Shown here one piece after another: positions 62,351-64,000 of a DNA stretch of 64,000 nt. The DNA lies in contig CAIIXF020000001.1 of the NCBI GenBank assembly GCA_903813345.2, positions 24,118,001-24,182,000 on the forward strand. Reading direction: 5' to 3'. Source of the DNA: Owenia fusiformis (lineage: Eukaryota). Made by a program: the position numbers and the translations under genes. The notes under the pieces were generated by a model. It ran no database searches, was not told the DNA's origin, and saw nothing but the letters and a program-made list of their open reading frames with translations. The first letter of the stretch is position 1. Every line of letters begins with the position of its first letter.

Positions 62351-64000
62351 GGGAGGTGTTCGTTATCACAATAGATTATAATCATATCATTGATAATTTA
62401 GAGTTTATTCAAAGATGGCAGCAGCATTCTCAGAACAAAACAATCAGAATCTCATTAATCTTTTGTTCACGTTAGTTATTTAAACTTTATATTCATATAT
62501 AGATGGCAGTTCTTAAATATATGATAGACACCAATAATTCAACATCATAATTTAACCTTTTCCATTAAATATACCCTGTATCAAGCACAGAAACGTATTT
62601 ACACCCTTTACTAAAATGGCAACCCCTGTATCACGCACTTGTTTCTCCTTAAATATATTTACACTAACATTTTGAAGATATCCCAGTAAAATTACACATA
62701 ATGCTGTTCCTCAAAGTAGCGTTTTTGGGACTCCTCAGAAGCCCAAAGAACATCACATCAAAATTCTGAAAAATGCATCCCTAATTACAAATATGATGTA
62801 ACAGACTAACTCCCTTATCTTGTTCTATTCTTGACTTTGAAAAAAGGTATAGGGCAACAGGGGCTAAACCTAATTTTTCAGAAAGTTCAGAAGTTTTCTT
62901 TCAAGAACTGTAAGATTAGATTTGAAGATGTGACTATGATTAGTGATTACTCTTTGCATTAGTTTGACTTCACTTGCTAAAAGGGGGCTTCATCTACAGG
63001 TAATTGAAACTCTCCATTCAGGGTAGATTTATGTACTAGACTATGACAAACTGACAAAATAATACAGCCTATCATTTTGAGATCTAAATTAATATTTTCT
63101 AATATGTTGTACACATTTTTTATCAATCTAAGGCGAAAATGTAACTTTAGAGTTGCTAAAGTAGCAATGTAACCTTTCAGAAATACTGGAATATTTTCAT
63201 TACACAGCATGATTGCGTACATCCTAAATACCTGTTGGAAAAACCTAAGTAGCTGCTCAAGATACACTAGATATACGAAGTGATGATGTTCTCTCAAAGC
63301 TAAAAAGGGAAAGTTTTAAGCATCAAAGAAGTCTGAACGTAACATTTCTGATAAAACTCTAAAAATATGAGGTATAACTCCGAAAGGCTCTCTCAAAAAC
63401 TAAACAATTATTTTGTATTTCACATAGCACTAATTATACAATGTCTTACCATAATTCTGATAATAGTATACTTGCTTATGTTAGCAAGAATCAAGACTGT
63501 GAAAGTACTAGCAGAATGCACATCTCTTAAATGAAGAATATCTAATATTATTATCAAGTTAATGAGTTAATCCCCTGATAGCCATTAAGACATGAATGCA
63601 AGTAAAACATACTCGTACTTCATTAAAGCATGAGAATCTCTAAGCTAACTGGCTGCCTCTCAGCTTATAATAGCAGGCATATAAAACAATTTTAGCATAT
63701 AAGATATGAGGAAAAATTATATTATGAAATCTTATCACTGATGTTATCAAACTCATTAGAATGCTTCCATTTTAGTAATCTATACATTATATAATTGTAA
63801 ACCTAATGAAAAATCTTTCCTCACTGCTTTCTAACAATGTAGTAGTACATGTAGATGCATGAAATGATACACATATTATCACCTAATAATTTAAAAATAT
63901 TATTTTCTTCATATTATTGATGATTTTGGTGTTTTTACTCATTCCAAAATAACAATTAGAAATCGAGAACTCTGCATAGTAACATATCCTAACAAACATA

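Overview
AT-rich animal genomic DNA (a marine invertebrate is inferred; no prokaryotic features). The window lies inside the 5' part of a minus-strand CLASP (CLIP-associating protein / Orbit) gene. Six TOG1-encoding exons between 53569 and 27010 join in frame with GT-AG boundaries. They are followed by a TOG1-TOG2 linker exon and several candidate phase 1-1 cassette exons (4299 down to 204). A 1.87-kb alternative first coding exon (18032-16163) would give a TOG1-less isoform with a 623-aa disordered N-terminus carrying two SxIP motifs and five [FY][LM][FY]G motifs. The first coding exon of CLASP was not found and is probably beyond 64000. The 23.6-kb intron carries an intact, very young 17-kb Ty3/Gypsy LTR retrotransposon (32636-49619, same strand as CLASP). 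It has 3986-bp LTRs with large tandem arrays, an ATAT TSD, a tRNA-Leu PBS, a PPT and one 2821-aa gag-pol ORF, and it is nested in a small non-autonomous DNA element. The most unusual feature is downstream of integrase. There the ORF continues past a strong splice acceptor and an ATG into a 366-aa RS/basic + C2H2 zinc-finger + acidic protein. The finger's code predicts 5'-GAG-3', the motif that fills the LTR arrays, which suggests a 'complex' retrotransposon with a spliced accessory regulator (hypothesis). Also present: a 1479-bp apparently perfect tandem duplication, older layered duplications and several TA-flanked MITEs.
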